From positions 89,838,001-89,902,000 of the forward strand of contig OZ024744.1 in the NCBI GenBank assembly GCA_964016885.1: a stretch of DNA of 64,000 nucleotides, given 5' to 3'. Of this stretch, positions 11,416-24,147 are shown piece after piece (the first letter of the stretch is position 1; each line of letters opens with the position of its first letter). This DNA is from Eledone cirrhosa. Lineage: Eukaryota. The notes under the pieces were generated by a model. It had not been told where the DNA came from and did not search any database. It saw nothing but the letters and a program-made list of their open reading frames with translations. A program made the translations under genes and the position numbers.

Positions 11416-11962
11416 GCCTGGACTTGTGCCTCGCAGGAAGAACTTTCTAAATACCATGGTTATTCGTGATCGAATGGGGTCTTTATGCTTGTCAGACGTC
11501 AGATTATACAGTTTGGTGCACTTTTAGGCTACGGCCAGTCACCCAAACCTGTAACAAGCAATGCCTGTGGTTTGAAGGTGAAGTGGGGAAAGACCTTGCA
11601 TTTGACCAATCCCACTCTCTGAGCATCGAAAACACTACCCGAAAAGGAGAACTGGTCAACATCATCGGATGCTTCCGAAGCCGCAGGTTTTTTTTTTTCA
11701 AAGTTTCCTTCTCCTAGAAAGATGTTCTGTCAACAACTAGGGGCCTTTCACTCCCAGGTGGAAAAAAAGTACTATTTGGATGGCCGTTGAGTCTGCTGAG
11801 TTCCTCCGCCTTTTGCCGGGTCTTGTATTTCATCCTACAGGGTGTCCAGATATTACCCTCCTCACCAAGCTTGGTGGGGTTGCCGGTTTAGTCGCCGACG
11901 ACCCGACCATGAGACAGATTGTACTGGGTTAGTGTTCCCAGTAGTACTCGAGAATGACCTGA
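11416..11962 (-). mobile_element. RTE 5'UTR-like non-autonomous fragment
   Basis: Minus strand has ctaggagaaggaaactttga...aacctgcgg, resembling the recalled conserved RTE 5'UTR motif. Homologous to 12250-12482 and 12650-12900. Abuts (CATA)n. Confidence 0.6.
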
Positions 11963-12028
11963 CATACATACATACATACATACATACATACATACATACA
12001 TACATACATACATACATACATACATACA

Positions 12029-12482
12029 TGGTGGCTGCCAACTCGTTTTCGAGTACGGCCACTACTTTATATCCATGTAGGAGAACCCCTACCGATACGC
12101 TGAACGAGTGTGACTTTTTAGTCCAGCCAGCGACTTGAAAACTCTGGTACAAACACTACACTTGTGACAATTATTGACACATAGTGCTGGGCCCATGGTA
12201 CCATGTGACGACAAGTGCAGAGAGATCTCCAGATATAAAGCAATGACTGTGCCGTGAAGCTTTTATAGTGAGCAAAGGCACTGCACAAAGCCAGTCCCAC
12301 TCTCTTAACCAAGATGATATTTACCAAAAAGAAGAACAAGTCAACATCATTGGATACCATCAGGGTTGCAGGTGTTATATCAGACTTTTCCTTCTAGAAT
12401 TCTGCCTTGACAAAGGCTAAGGGGTCATCTCTCCCGGTGATTTCGGATGGCCATTGACTCTTAAGAGCTCCTTTGCCCTTTG
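12029..12482 (-). mobile_element. Bipartite non-autonomous RTE derivative (5'UTR piece joined to last zinc finger and 3' end)
   Basis: 5' part is RTE-5'UTR-like; 3' part encodes CSVCTRVFKSLAGLKSH (compare the RTE end at 46579) and ends ...gagttggcagccaccat(GTAT)n. Confidence 0.7.
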
Positions 12483-12569
12483 ACATACATACATACATAC
12501 ATACATACATACATACATACATACATACATACATACATACATACATACATACATACATACATACATACA

Positions 12570-13018
12570 TGATGGCTGCCCCTTCGTTATCGAGTATGGC
12601 CATTGCACGATATACCATTATTAATAATTATTAATTAATTCTATCGTGCAAACCCTGTGCGTGAAGATTTTTTTAAAGTGCGGAAAAACTGTGCACTGAG
12701 CCAATCTCACTCTCTGAGCGACAGTAGCTATAACCCGAAAAGAAGAAAAGATCAACATCATTGGTAACTACTGAGCCGCAGGTTTTATATCGGAGTTATC
12801 CCAGTTTCCTGAGTTGCCTTCTCCTAGAAGAATGCCCTGACAAAAGCTAGGGGTCCTTCACTCCCAGTGGTTTAACTGCGCGATCGGGTGTCCAGCCCGA
12901 CTATTTCTATGTTTCCGCGCATATACATACACATGCACCCATGTATATACACATATACATATGTACATGTGTATATAGATATTTACACACTTTTGGATGG
13001 CCGTTGACTCTTATGAGT
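12570..13018 (-). mobile_element. Second bipartite RTE-derived short element
   Basis: Same 5'UTR-like block (ctaggagaaggcaactc). 3' end tcgtgcaatggccatactcgataacgaaggggcagccat also occurs at 46097-46135. Confidence 0.6.
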
Positions 13019-13104
13019 CATACATACATACGTACATACATACATACATACATACATACATACATACATACATACATACATACATACATACATACATACA
13101 TACA

Positions 13105-13785
13105 AGAGGAGGGCCAGCAGCTGACAATAAATGTAGGCTATGTAAAACAAAGATCGAGGATGTAAGCCACATTGTTGCCAGCTGCGAAAGAATGTCATCT
13201 CGCTACTACCTCCCCATGAGACACGATGGGATAGCTAGAACCATCTGGAACGCACTTCGGAAAACAAAATTAACAACAAACGAGGAAGAATATATTGAGA
13301 CAGATGGCACTAAGGAATACTGGTGGAACCTGAAAATAAAAACTGCCACCAAATTAAAGCACAACCGGCCTGATATTGTAGTTTTGGACCACACATTGAA
13401 AACGTGTTCTGTTGTGGAGATCAGCTGCCCACTTGATGTAAACGTTGTCAGAAAAATACAGGAGAAGGAGGACATCTACGGACCATTGATGAGGAGTTTA
13501 CAAATCCAGTATCCAAGATACACCTTTAGCTTCATACCCATCATTATTGGTGCTACGGGTTATATACCAACCCGCTTGGACCAAAGTATGACTGAACTTG
13601 GATTTGCGGACAAAAAGCGCAGCTCCCTAATTCATAGTCTACAAATGGGTGCGATAGCTGGCACCTTCAAAATTTGCAAAACATTCTTGCGATTCAAGGG
13701 ATGACAATTTCTTTTCTTTTACAACCTTGCCACCAGGAAGGTGGCCGGTCAAAAAAATATACTCGAAATTAAGAGAAAGAGAAAA
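13105..13785 (+). mobile_element. 5'-truncated R4/Dong-like LINE 3' end (CCHC knuckle + PD-(D/E)xK-type endonuclease) in (CATA)n
   Basis: CRLCKTKIEDVSHIVASC, RHD, HNRPDIVVLD..VVEISCP. (CATA)n on both sides. Confidence 0.85.
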
Positions 13786-13900
13786 CATACATACATACAT
13801 ACATACACACAGACATACATACATACATACATACGTACATACATACATACATACATACATACATACATACATACATACATACATACATACATACATACAT

Positions 13901-14063
13901 GGTGGCTGCCAACTCGTTTTCGAGTACGGCCACTATTTTATATCCATGTAGGAGAACCCCTAACGATGCGCTGAATTGTGTGACTTTTTAGTTCAGCCAG
14001 CGACTTGAAAACTCTGGTACAAACACTACACTTCTGACAATTATTGACACATATTGATGGGCC
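13901..14063 (-). mobile_element. RTE 3'-end fragment (C2H2 finger + 3'UTR)
   Basis: Close copy of 12029-12195; encodes CSVCTRVFKSLAELKSH. Confidence 0.75.
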
Positions 14064-14149
14064 CATACATACATACATACATACATACATACATACATAC
14101 ATACATACATACATACATACATACATACATACATACATACATACATACA

Positions 14150-17100
14150 GTCAACGCGATCAGTCGCATATTTTGGGGTGGGAGACTATTTATTAAATTT
14201 AAGATGAATACTATCTCCGACAGTAATGCTACAACTACAGTCATGTTGAATAACTGGTTTTTCTTCTAACTATATCTTCTGAAGACACCTTTTATTCGAA
14301 TTCGTAGAGATATCCGACTAAATACATAATTCATTTTGCAAGGATTTGCTACAAACAGCATGGCTGAACACAACATCAACAACAAAATTAAGGAAGTATC
14401 AAAGGCAAACAACAAGAAAGGTAAACAAACTTTATTCAGTTGTAGCTACAGAAGAAACCGAAATTATAAATCGCATTTCTCTTGGAGTTGCGAACTTAAT
14501 AATGATATATTTAATTGTTATAAAATGGCAAAACACAATCCTTCCATTGACTATATGAATAGAATGAAGCTACACTGGGACGAAATGCACTCAGAGCTAA
14601 ATTATTTCACAGCAAAACAATTACTCTAACAAGCGACGTTTGTTGAACGTAAAAATAAGATAAATATTATTAATTGTAAGTCCCCCACAACAAATATGGG
14701 TTCAACAACACGTGCTACCGGTCGCCATGCTACTAGACCTCTTAGCAGCCAGGTCGAACAGCGCCTTGAAACAACTATGCCTGTAAGAAACTTGACACCA
14801 CCTGTACCATCTAAGTCTACCTCGAATGCTGGGGAAAATACTATCGATAATAATAATAATCGAAGAAATAATAATAATAATAATAATCGAAGAAATTTGA
14901 CACCACGTGTACCATCCGAGTCTACCTCGACTCTTGTGGAAAATACTATAGATAATGATAATAATCAAAAGTTTAATAAAAAACCAAATAATGAAATATT
15001 ACGTGTTATTGACGAAATAGGGGATGAATATTTACGACGGATAAAAACCCCAACATTTTGGCAAATCAACGCCTGTTTATATGCCTTAGCAACGACAGTG
15101 AAGCATTATCTTGGGGATAGCAGAGATATTAACAAGAACAAAACACCACCAAAAATACCATCATATATAACTAAAATAGAAAAAAAGGTTGCTGCCCTAC
15201 GAAAAACCATAGAATATGTGACAATGCTCCTTACATGCAAACAAACACAAAAAAAAACTCACTCCTCACCAACAAAGAGTGGAAAATAAAATAGATACGA
15301 TGTTTGGTAACAGTAGAACCAGAACTCTTCAATATAAGCTAATCACCCTCAAACAAGAATTGAGAGCTGTTAGCGAAAAACGCCGATACCTGAAGAAGGT
15401 AGATGAGAGAAAAGTGCTTAATAAAAGATTCAGACGAAACCAAACATCAGTCTATAGAGATATGAAGAACAAAATAATAAGTGTCACTGAGGCCCCATCC
15501 CAGAAAGACATAGATTCCTTTTGGAGCAAAATACGGGGTGAAAAGAAGAATTTCAACCAAGATGCAGTGTGACTAAGAGAAATCCGAAAGAACTATTGCT
15601 CCTACACTACAACAAAAACATACGAAATAAGTGAGGGTATCCTTTAGACTGTGATAGGAAAACTCCAAGATAAGAAAACACCAGGAAGAGACATGATTGT
15701 CGGCTACTGGTACTAAAAACTGATATTCTATCGGAGGTATCTTACTGACCTCTACAAGTTCTTAAGGGAGATACACTTATACCAGAATGGTTGACATTAG
15801 CACAAACATTACTGGTCCCCAGGAACAAAGACACCCACTTGGCAAAAAACTACCGACCCATTACATGCCAGAACTTGATGTATAAGATGTATACAGCCTG
15901 CCTGAACCTATTCCTCCAAGATCACTGTGAAAATAACATCATCACAGATGAACAAGCATCTGGAAAGAAAGGGGTTTGGGGATGTACTGAACAACTCCTA
16001 ATCAACAAAACTGCGATGTCGAAGGTGCGACAACTTAGGAAGAATATGGCTACAGTCTGGCTGGACTACAGGAAAGCTTTCGATTGTGTTCCCCACTCTT
16101 GGATGATAGAGGCCCTCCAACTTGCTAAAGTCCCAGACATTATTGTCAGAGCCATAGAGAGGCTGTCTTCTTCTTGGGCTACTATCCTGAGGTTAAAGAC
16201 AGAGAGGGAGGACTCTATTTTCACTGATAAAATAAAATATCACAGAGGTATATTTCAGGGGGACAGTCTCTCTGTGATATTATTCATCTTGTCATTAAAC
16301 CCCTTGTCCTTTCTGCTCAAGAAATGTGAGGAATACATCATTGGCTCACAGGAGGACAGAAATATGAACCTAACCCATAATTTCTTTGTGGACGATCTGA
16401 AACTCTATGCCAAGAACATGGATGGGATGAAGAAAAATGTTGACCTGGTTACAACGTTCTCAAAGGATATAGGAATGGAGTTTGGCCAAGATAAATGCTC
16501 ATACATGACTGTAAAGCAGGGAAAAACAACAACCCAATCTAGCAACATTGTCATCAATGGCCTAACTGTTTCACCGATATCTGATGAGGACTGCTACAGA
16601 TACCTGTGGATAGATGAGAACATATCCTATAATGGTATCTGTAATAAGGAACGCGTAACCAGGGAATACTACACTCGATTAAGAAAGATTTGGTCATCGG
16701 AACTCTCTGCACAAAACAAAACAGTGGCTTACAATGTGTTTGCTGTGCCTGTCCTAACACCAACTTTTGGAATACTCAATTGGACGATAGACGAAATCCG
16801 AGCAGTTGATGTTGGAACTCGAAAAATACTAAACAACACCGGAAACTTCCACATCAACAGTGACATAGACCGCCTTTACTTAAAATGTAAACAGGGAGGC
16901 AGTGGCCTAACATCAGTCCAGACAGCATTTGAATGTCGCATCATATCTCTCCGACAACATCTACGAACCTCGAAGCGTAGGAGCCAGTCTCTCGAGCAAG
17001 TCTATCTGCATGAAACAGATAAGATAATGAGAGTCGGGAAGGAAATCCTCGAAAGATATTCCCTGTGTGATAATCAAAAACTCACACGCAGAGGTGTCGC

Positions 17101-18176
17101 TCAGCAGTATCGCAGTGAATCCATGGATGAAAAACTGCATGCCTATCAGCAAAAAATCATGCATGGATATGTTGTCAAGAAGCTCCAGAGCGAGAGTAAT
17201 ATAGATAAGGAAAGTAGTCTATCTTGGTCCAACAACCGCTATATTGGCTCCCACTTTGAAGGATACGCTTTTGCAATGCAAGAACATGAGATTAACACGA
17301 AATACCTGATTCACAAAAGAGATAGGGGTGCAAGCAAAACACCTAGATGTGATAACAAGTGCAGACTCTGCAGAACTAACATCGAGGATATCACCCATGT
17401 CATCAGCAGCTGTCCAAAGATGTCATCGCGGTACTATCTACCTATGAGGCATGATGTAGTGGCCAAAACGTTGTACAATGCAGTTAGTAAAAAGGATAGC
17501 CCCGATAATAAACACATTAAAAGCTACAACAATGTGGAAGACATCCATGTACATAATATGAAGAGTACTGGTGGAATGTTCCAGTAAAAACCCCAATAAA
17601 ATGCAGGCATAACAGACCAGATATTATGATATGGGACAGGGAGAAGAAAGCATGCAGAGTAGTGGAAATTAGCTGCCCAGCAGATGCCAATATAGTATCA
17701 TAGATTAGTGAAAAGGAGAATATTTATGCAGAACTGATAAGAAATCTGCAGATACTCCACCCTGATTACACCTTCAGATTTATGCCTGTGATTATTGGGG
17801 TATGTTAGTAACTGCCTCAATACAAATCTTGAGACGCTAGGCTTCACAGGAACAGAAAGAACACAACTAGTTAGGAAACTACAAGTACAATCCATTAATG
17901 GAACAGTAAAAATATGTAAAACATTCCAAAAATGTTGCACCTAATAACTGCATATACACATGTACAGATACAAAGCATATACACATGCACACATATAACT
18001 CAAAACATACACATCCACACATACAATATCATCCATATCTACACATGCATGCAGACATACATACATATCTACCTAGTTCATGTTGTGTAAATTCCAATGA
18101 GAGAGTCTTGTGTCTGTGTTAGAAACCGACTCTCTCTTTATTGGCAAAAATTTGTGAAATTATAAAACCAGAAAAA
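14150..18176 (+). mobile_element. Near full-length, decayed R4/Dong-like LINE (single ORF: RT, CCHC, RLE) in (CATA)n
   Basis: ORF pieces 14336-17587 with NYRPITC, WLDYRKAFD, GIFQGDSLS, FFVDDLKLY, CRLC..ITHVISSC. A frameshifted tail carries the HNRPDI..VEISCP motif. (CATA)n on both sides. Confidence 0.9.
15791..17587 (+). pseudogene. Largest open segment (RT and zinc knuckle) of the R4/Dong-like element
   Basis: 598-aa ORF with RT motifs, bounded by upstream stops and a downstream frameshift. Confidence 0.88.
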
Positions 18177-18291
18177 CATACATACATACATACATAATAC
18201 ATACATACATACATACATACATACATACATACATACATACATACATACATACATACATACATACATACATACATACATACATACATACATA

Positions 18292-18645
18292 ATGGCCGCA
18301 AACTCATGTTCGAGCATTAAAAAATGCTAAAAAATGTGAGTCACAAGTGTGGCTCTTTAAACCAGTCAAAGACTTGCACCCTCTGGCACACACATGGCAA
18401 CTGTAGGCTCCACTGCTTGGTTCTCACTGTGTGTTCTCATATGTCTTTTAAGACCCCCATGCTTGCACATTCCTTGCCACATTCCTTACACCTTTTCAGA
18501 TCATAATCTTCATGAGGTCTACTGATATGACTTTGTTCATGTCTAATCAAACCAGCTTTACTCAGGCAGACTCAACCACAGTGCTGGCAAACCAAATGTT
18601 GCTCAACAGCAAGCAGTTCAGAACAGTCCCTGTTCTTTTTCCATT
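18292..18645 (-). mobile_element. RTE 3' fragment with three decayed C2H2 fingers ending at (TATG)n
   Basis: Minus translation CQHCG*VCLSKAGLIRHEQSH, CKECGKECASMGVLKRHMRTH, CHVC..KSLTGLKSH, parallel to 46579-47082. Confidence 0.75.
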
Positions 18646-18924
18646 CATAGATACATACAAACATACATACATAAAAAATTACATATAGACATAAAAACAT
18701 ACAAACATACATGCATGCATACATGTGTATGTATGTCTGTATTCGAGTGAGTGTATACGACGGGTTTCCGCAGTTTCCACCTCCCGACCAAAATTTCACT
18801 CACGGGGGAATTGATCTGTCCGAATCTCTGATAACAGACACTTGTTACTTAAAGAATAGAAGAATTTAGGGACATATAATAACACAGAACATAATCCCAG
18901 GTTTCTGAAGATGTTCAATATCTA

Positions 18925-19145
18925 ATAATTGCTTCTCGTATAGGCACAAGGCCAGCAATGTTGGAGGGAGGGGAATGTCGATTAAATCAACACCAGAGCA
19001 TCACTGGTACTTTATTTTATCGAGCCTATAAGAATGAAAGGCAAAGCTAACCTCGGCAGGATTTGAATTCAGAACGTAAAGGGACGTGCCTATACCGCGA
19101 AGCATGGTGTCCGACGCTCTACTGATTCTGCCAATCCACCGCCCT
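18925..19145 (-). mobile_element. tRNA-derived SINE, full length
   Basis: Reverse complement of the 5207 family, from agggcggtggattggcag to ggccttgtgccta. Confidence 0.85.
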
Positions 19146-19308
19146 CATGTTCAATATTTAATAATGGTTTTTTTTTTTTATACACAATATTTTTCTTCTT
19201 TAACTAAACCTAAATAATATAAGCATTAAATGAATAACGTTCAAACAATTCTAGTGTTATTAAATGGTTTAAAGAAATCTACTCTGTCATCTCTTCTTGT
19301 TATACATA

Positions 19309-19345
19309 CTAGCAGAAAAACCGCCCTCGGGTGGTTTTCTGCTAG
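19309..19345. mobile_element. CTAG-bounded palindrome resembling a Helitron 3' end
   Basis: ctagcagaaaaaccgccctcgggtggttttctgctag; the same arms occur at 63756-63791. Confidence 0.5.
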
Positions 19346-19789
19346 CATGTAGTAGTCTGCATATTGATTTTATACGCAAATATACATGCACGTAGATATG
19401 ATACATCAAATAAAATCGTAATTGACAATATGCATAGAAATTGAAGAGAGACTGTGTTACCCTCTCTTCTGTAATCACTAAAGTAATCCAAGATACATTT
19501 AAAAAAGATGATATTATATATAAACCGCATTACGGTGAAATGTAATGAAAACGAAAAAGGTGAAAATTAGCGACGGAAATATAAATCGTTATGATATAAC
19601 GATGTAAATATATGAACGTTTATGTAAGCGATATGATATAGCGTCCGTTATATAATAACCGGAAGTGTAGACATTTGAAAATTTTAAAAGAAGTGAATCT
19701 CAAAATAAACAATCATTATATATAAAAAAATTTATGTTTAATCAACGAAATTTAGTACATAAATTATGTAATATTCATTCATTATTTAT

Positions 19790-19980
19790 TCGGTGGTTTG
19801 GCAATATCAGTAGAGGGTCGGACAACATGCTTTGCAGCATAGAGTTACGCCCCTTTCTGATCTGAGTTCAAATCCTGCCGAGGTTAACCTTGCCTTTCAT
19901 CCTTACGGGGGTCGATAAAATAAAGTACCAGTAATGCACTGGGATAATTGCTGGCCTTGTGCCAAAAGTAGAAACAATTA
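19790..19980 (+). mobile_element. tRNA-derived SINE
   Basis: cggtggtttggcaatatcag...gagttcaaatcctgccgaggttaacc...ggccttgtgccaaaagtagaaac. Confidence 0.85.
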
Positions 19981-20086
19981 TTTATTCAAAGTAATCTAAC
20001 TTATTTTACTAACGGGATAAAAACATACTCCTCCCTCTATTATATTATGATGATATATATAAATGAATATGTGTGAATGTGTGTGT

Positions 20087-20132
<46 letters not shown>

Positions 20133-20135
<3 letters not shown>

Positions 20136-20320
20136 ATGAAATTCCATTATAACGAAATTCCCGAGGTATAAAAAAATCCGTTGTAACGAAAAAATCTTTA
20201 TAACGAGATCGACCGAAACAAATTGAGCGTTTGATTCTTATTACCTTGGGGATTGAAAAAAATTCGTTATACTGAAAAATTCGTCATAATGGTGTTCGTA
20301 ATAACGAAATTTTACCTGTA
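20133..20320. mobile_element. Probable pogo/Tigger-type MITE end
   Basis: Repeated (cg)ttataacga subterminal motifs ending ...ttttacctg+TA. Partner end not identified. Confidence 0.45.
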
Positions 20321-20796
20321 TCTCGTTTATACATATCACCCGCTTTCAAATTTTTTCAACCCACCCCAGCCTCCACCGTTTATTAAATTTTTCTAATCTA
20401 TCTCCAGCGAAATTTTATTGTAAGTGATTCATATCGATAGCTGGAGAATCTAATAATTATTTTATTTTACATTAAAAAATATATATTTGACAAAAAAAAT
20501 AACATTACAAGAAATCCCATATTTACGAATACAATTACCGATTCCCCACCACCACCACACCGTTTATTCCAACCCCGCCACTTATAAGAATGTAAGCAAA
20601 TATTCAACCCACCCCAACCCCGCTTATTCCACCACCACCCTATTATTTGAGACCCGAGAGTACACATATATACTATTAACTGCAATTGTCTCAAGAGAAG
20701 ATAAAAATGTATAGTTAAAACGTTGAGTTATTTCCCATAAACTAACTAAAATTTCATTAATTTTATTAAAGTCGGAGAGTAGAATATATATATACA

Positions 20797-20798
<2 letters not shown>

Positions 20799-20893
<95 letters not shown>

Positions 20894-20968
20894 GTGTGTG
20901 TGTGTTTTGTGTGTACGCGTGTGTGTGTGTTTTGTGTGTGTGTGTTTTGTGTGTACGCGTGTGTGTGT
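20799..20968. repeat. (TG)n microsatellite with interrupted tail
   Basis: Directly visible. Confidence 0.95.
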
Positions 20969-21437
20969 AAATATATAGGTAGACGTATAGAATAACGAAC
21001 CGATGTAAGGGACGTAATTTGAAAAAAAAAAAAAGGATTTCCGAAATAAAAAAATTTGAATTTTCGAAATGAGTGAGTGTAATGAAAGAACAGATATATA
21101 TATATATAAATATTACATAATACATATATAGAACATATATATAAAATGGTTTTTCGAAATGTACATATATATATTTTTGGTAGCGTTTATCTATTTTTTC
21201 TTCAAATTTACATTCTAAACTTAGCTCCATTTAAATGACTATTTATCTAGTTAATTTCTATGGACTAAGAGGAAAGATTAGATAAATTTTATCTGACTGT
21301 TCCTCATAAAGGAATATTGATAACATTTGTCTGTTATTTCTTCAAAGTTAACTTTTAAAGTTAGCTCCGTTTAAATGATTTTTTTTAGGCTCATTTCTAC
21401 GGAATTGGACAAACTTTGTCTGACAATTTGTCAAACT

Positions 21438-21463
<26 letters not shown>

Positions 21464-21475
<12 letters not shown>

Positions 21476-22075
21476 AAGAATCAAAGAACTGTTCAAAACA
21501 TTATTGTGCTTACAGCTGTTTCCTCCAAACCGAGATTTGGATTCTTCGGAGCAATTTATTAATGCATGGACAGTTATATGACCTCCTTTTCAGCCAAGAG
21601 ACATATCGATACATATGCAAATATTGTGGATCAACATTCATTACAGAATTTAGAGTGGCAGTACACACTTCAAGATTACATTCATATTAAGAGGTACAAT
21701 CAAAAATCAAAAATACAGGTTAAAATACAACATGAAGATAAGCGGTTATATAGTGCAAATGTTATATGTGTGGCAAGCATGTGCGTCTTGTTTATATAGT
21801 GTGGCAGAGAGATATGTGTGGTAGAGGCACTTAGGTAGGTAAACAAAAGTGTTAGGTTGGTAGATCTGGTGGCAAATTCTTTGATTCTTATATTTCATAT
21901 AACTGCTCTGTAAATCATCTGATGTTTTTACATTGAGCTACTTAACTTACTGGTAATAAGGTAGTAATACATTACTGCCTACCTACCACTATTTAGGGTG
22001 TGTATAAAAAATACTTATAACTGTATAAGGTTTTGTATTTACATAACCATAAATAGTATAACTAATACTATATAT
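21464..22075 (-). mobile_element. Non-coding Penelope pseudo-LTR insertion with inverted segment
   Basis: 24-bp inverted repeat atatgaaatataagaatcaaagaa at ~21464-21488 and 21877-21900; contains a hammerhead; flanked by (TA)n. Confidence 0.65.
21508..21552 (-). ncRNA. Minimal type I hammerhead (core variant CCGAAGA)
   Basis: gct-CCGAAGA-tccaaa/tttgga stem II-GAAAC-agct-GTA-agc, with a palindromic stem III loop. Confidence 0.65.
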
Positions 22076-22113
22076 ATACATAGAAGTGGTTACACAACAG
22101 TTAGTTCACCATA

Positions 22114-22153
22114 CTGAGAACAATTGTTTCACCTTAGCGGATCTTCAGCTCGG
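22114..22153 (-). ncRNA. Type I hammerhead in Penelope pseudo-LTR
   Basis: ccgag-CTGAAGA-short stem II-GAAAC-aatt-GTT-ctcag. Confidence 0.65.
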
Positions 22154-22320
22154 GATGGGCATGGTTATAGGAACAGGAAGGACAACCGTACGAACGCGCA
22201 TGCGCAGAAACCCGGTCACTTCACACAGGCAATACTAGACTGCGTGCGAGAGGTGTAAGGGAGATAACTGCGAAAGTCCGAAAAGTTTTTAGGTTGAAAA
22301 TAAAATAAAATTACAAAGAA

Positions 22321-23814
22321 TCAGTCCGGAGCCTTGTAGTTATGCAATAGTTGTTTGGCGACGTGTGGACAACGTGTGAAAAATTCACTTCTCGTGTTTA
22401 GGCAATCACTATTGCTTAATCTCTTTAGAATAGTTATTCGTTCGTCAATACATAAGCCACACGTCGGAATTCCCCTTGCGTATGGTTTGGACTTAGTGAT
22501 GGCTTTCCAATGAATGGAGTAGTCTATACTTGAGTCCTTGAGGGACCATACGTGGCTCGCGATTTTCGTGGATGAACGTCTGTCCGGGTATCTGAAGGTA
22601 GACTGGTGATTCAGGAAACGTTCCTTGAATCGGCCCTCCGCCATGCTCACATAGGATTTGACCTCCTGTGGTTCGTTTGGTCGATTGGAAGTGACCACAG
22701 CTTCATAGATTACAGCTGGTGTGTTGCATTGCTGTTGAAGGGGGAAAGCTTCAGTCTTACGGCAAGAGCACCCTGGTGGGGTGTTGCTCCTAGGGCTGCT
22801 GGTGATGTGGGCCTTCATGTTCTTAGCGCAGGAGTATCCTAGTTTAACTTTGTGTCGGTTAAAGATGGGGCAGTATTTATGGCCTATGGGGAAGTGTCTA
22901 TCTAAGAGGGCTAGACATTTTTTTCCTACATTGGTTTTAACGTTGAGTGAGAAGGGAGGAGAGAACCAGATAGTTTGTCTATTGTTGCGCTTACTTTTCT
23001 TAATGGTGTTGTTGCTAGTAGGAGAGTAAGTGATGTGTTGTGAGAAGCCGCTGTTAGTCAACGCCGTGTTATAGTAGGGTGCCGCCCTGTCAAAGATAGC
23101 CTTATTAGAGGAGAGGTTTGAGATTCTAGTACTGATATTCTTAATGGAGTTTCTAAAAACAGTGGGAGGGTGGCATGAGTCCTTGTGGATGTAATTAAGT
23201 TTCTCGTTTAGCTTGTGGAAGGGTCTGTGGGTGGGTGTGCGAAGGTCTAAATTAATGTCTAAGAAATCTACGCTAGAGAGGGTGGTGGCTACTGTTATCT
23301 TAAGGCCTAACTCATTGAAAGTAGTAGCTAAGTATTGTTTAAACCGGTCATGGTCGTGACCACTTTTATGGCTCGATAAAGTCAGTCCATCGTCACGGTA
23401 TATTCCCGTGTGGAAGTCCAGGAATCTAACACGTAATATGTCTAACATAAAAAGGCTAACCAAGTCACATACGTCAGCACTGTCAAATGATCCCATGGAG
23501 ATGTCGAACAGGTCTGAAGATGTAGACTTCTTTGCCCAGGCTACTCCGTCGTTGAAGAGGAGAGTTTTCCGGCAGTGAGCGATGATTTCCCTGTCTAAAC
23601 CATCGACGGTGGTATAAGTGGTAGCGAAGTCCAACGCTTTGTTTAACAGGGTCTCTGAGATCGATGGGTAAAAATCGACAATGTCAAACTGTATGAACTT
23701 CGCTTTTGGGGATTTTAAGGAGTTAAACCACTTAATTACGGAGTCGCTGTTCTCCCACTGGGGCAGGTTGGACTTGGTCCTAATGGTCTTAACTATGTTT
23801 CTAACTAGTCCCAT
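22321..23814 (-). pseudogene. Penelope-like RT + GIY-YIG, N-terminally truncated
   Basis: QFDIVDFYPSI, MGSFDSADVCDLV, GIYRDDGL, VDFLDI, SCHPP, AVIYEA..KSYVSMAE..FKERFLNH. Confidence 0.88.
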
Positions 23815-24147
23815 ATCTGTGCGTGCCGGGTTTATTAGTCTACATGTGGGGTTAGAAGTAAAGTCTATCTTGTGATCTTTCAGGGTGAGGAACGCCTCCC
23901 GCTTAGCTAGAGATTGTAGCTTCTTATCTACCTTAAGGTCGACTTCGTAAATATTATTAGTTTTGTCGGAAAGGACGAAGGTGTTATTAGAAGACCTAAA
24001 TTTCTTAATATCGTTTCTGGGTTTCGTTTGGAGGGTGTTAGTGTGTTTGCGAAAGGAAATGTTTGCGAAAGGAAATGTTGGCGACTAAGTCAAGAAGGTT
24101 CGTCTCAAAAGGAGCAAGGTCAGTTACCTTAGGAGAGTAGGCTAACC

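Larger units (their letters stand above)
11962..14149. repeat. Five (CATA)n tracts interleaved with retroelement pieces
   Basis: Tracts at ~11963-12028, 12484-12570, 13019-13104, 13786-13900 and 14064-14149. A further tract lies at 18177-18290. Confidence 0.95.

Noticed and set aside
11962-14149. Repeat-spacer-repeat pattern resembling a CRISPR array
   Set aside because: The repeats are variable-length (CATA)n tracts and the spacers are 160-700-bp retroelement pieces. Eukaryotic context, no cas genes.
18750-18845. Possible fragment of another SINE family
   Set aside because: Short and decayed; rests only on recalled similarity.
20340-20661. Possible MITE end (...tatttgagacccgagagta)
   Set aside because: No partner terminus found; too weak to annotate.
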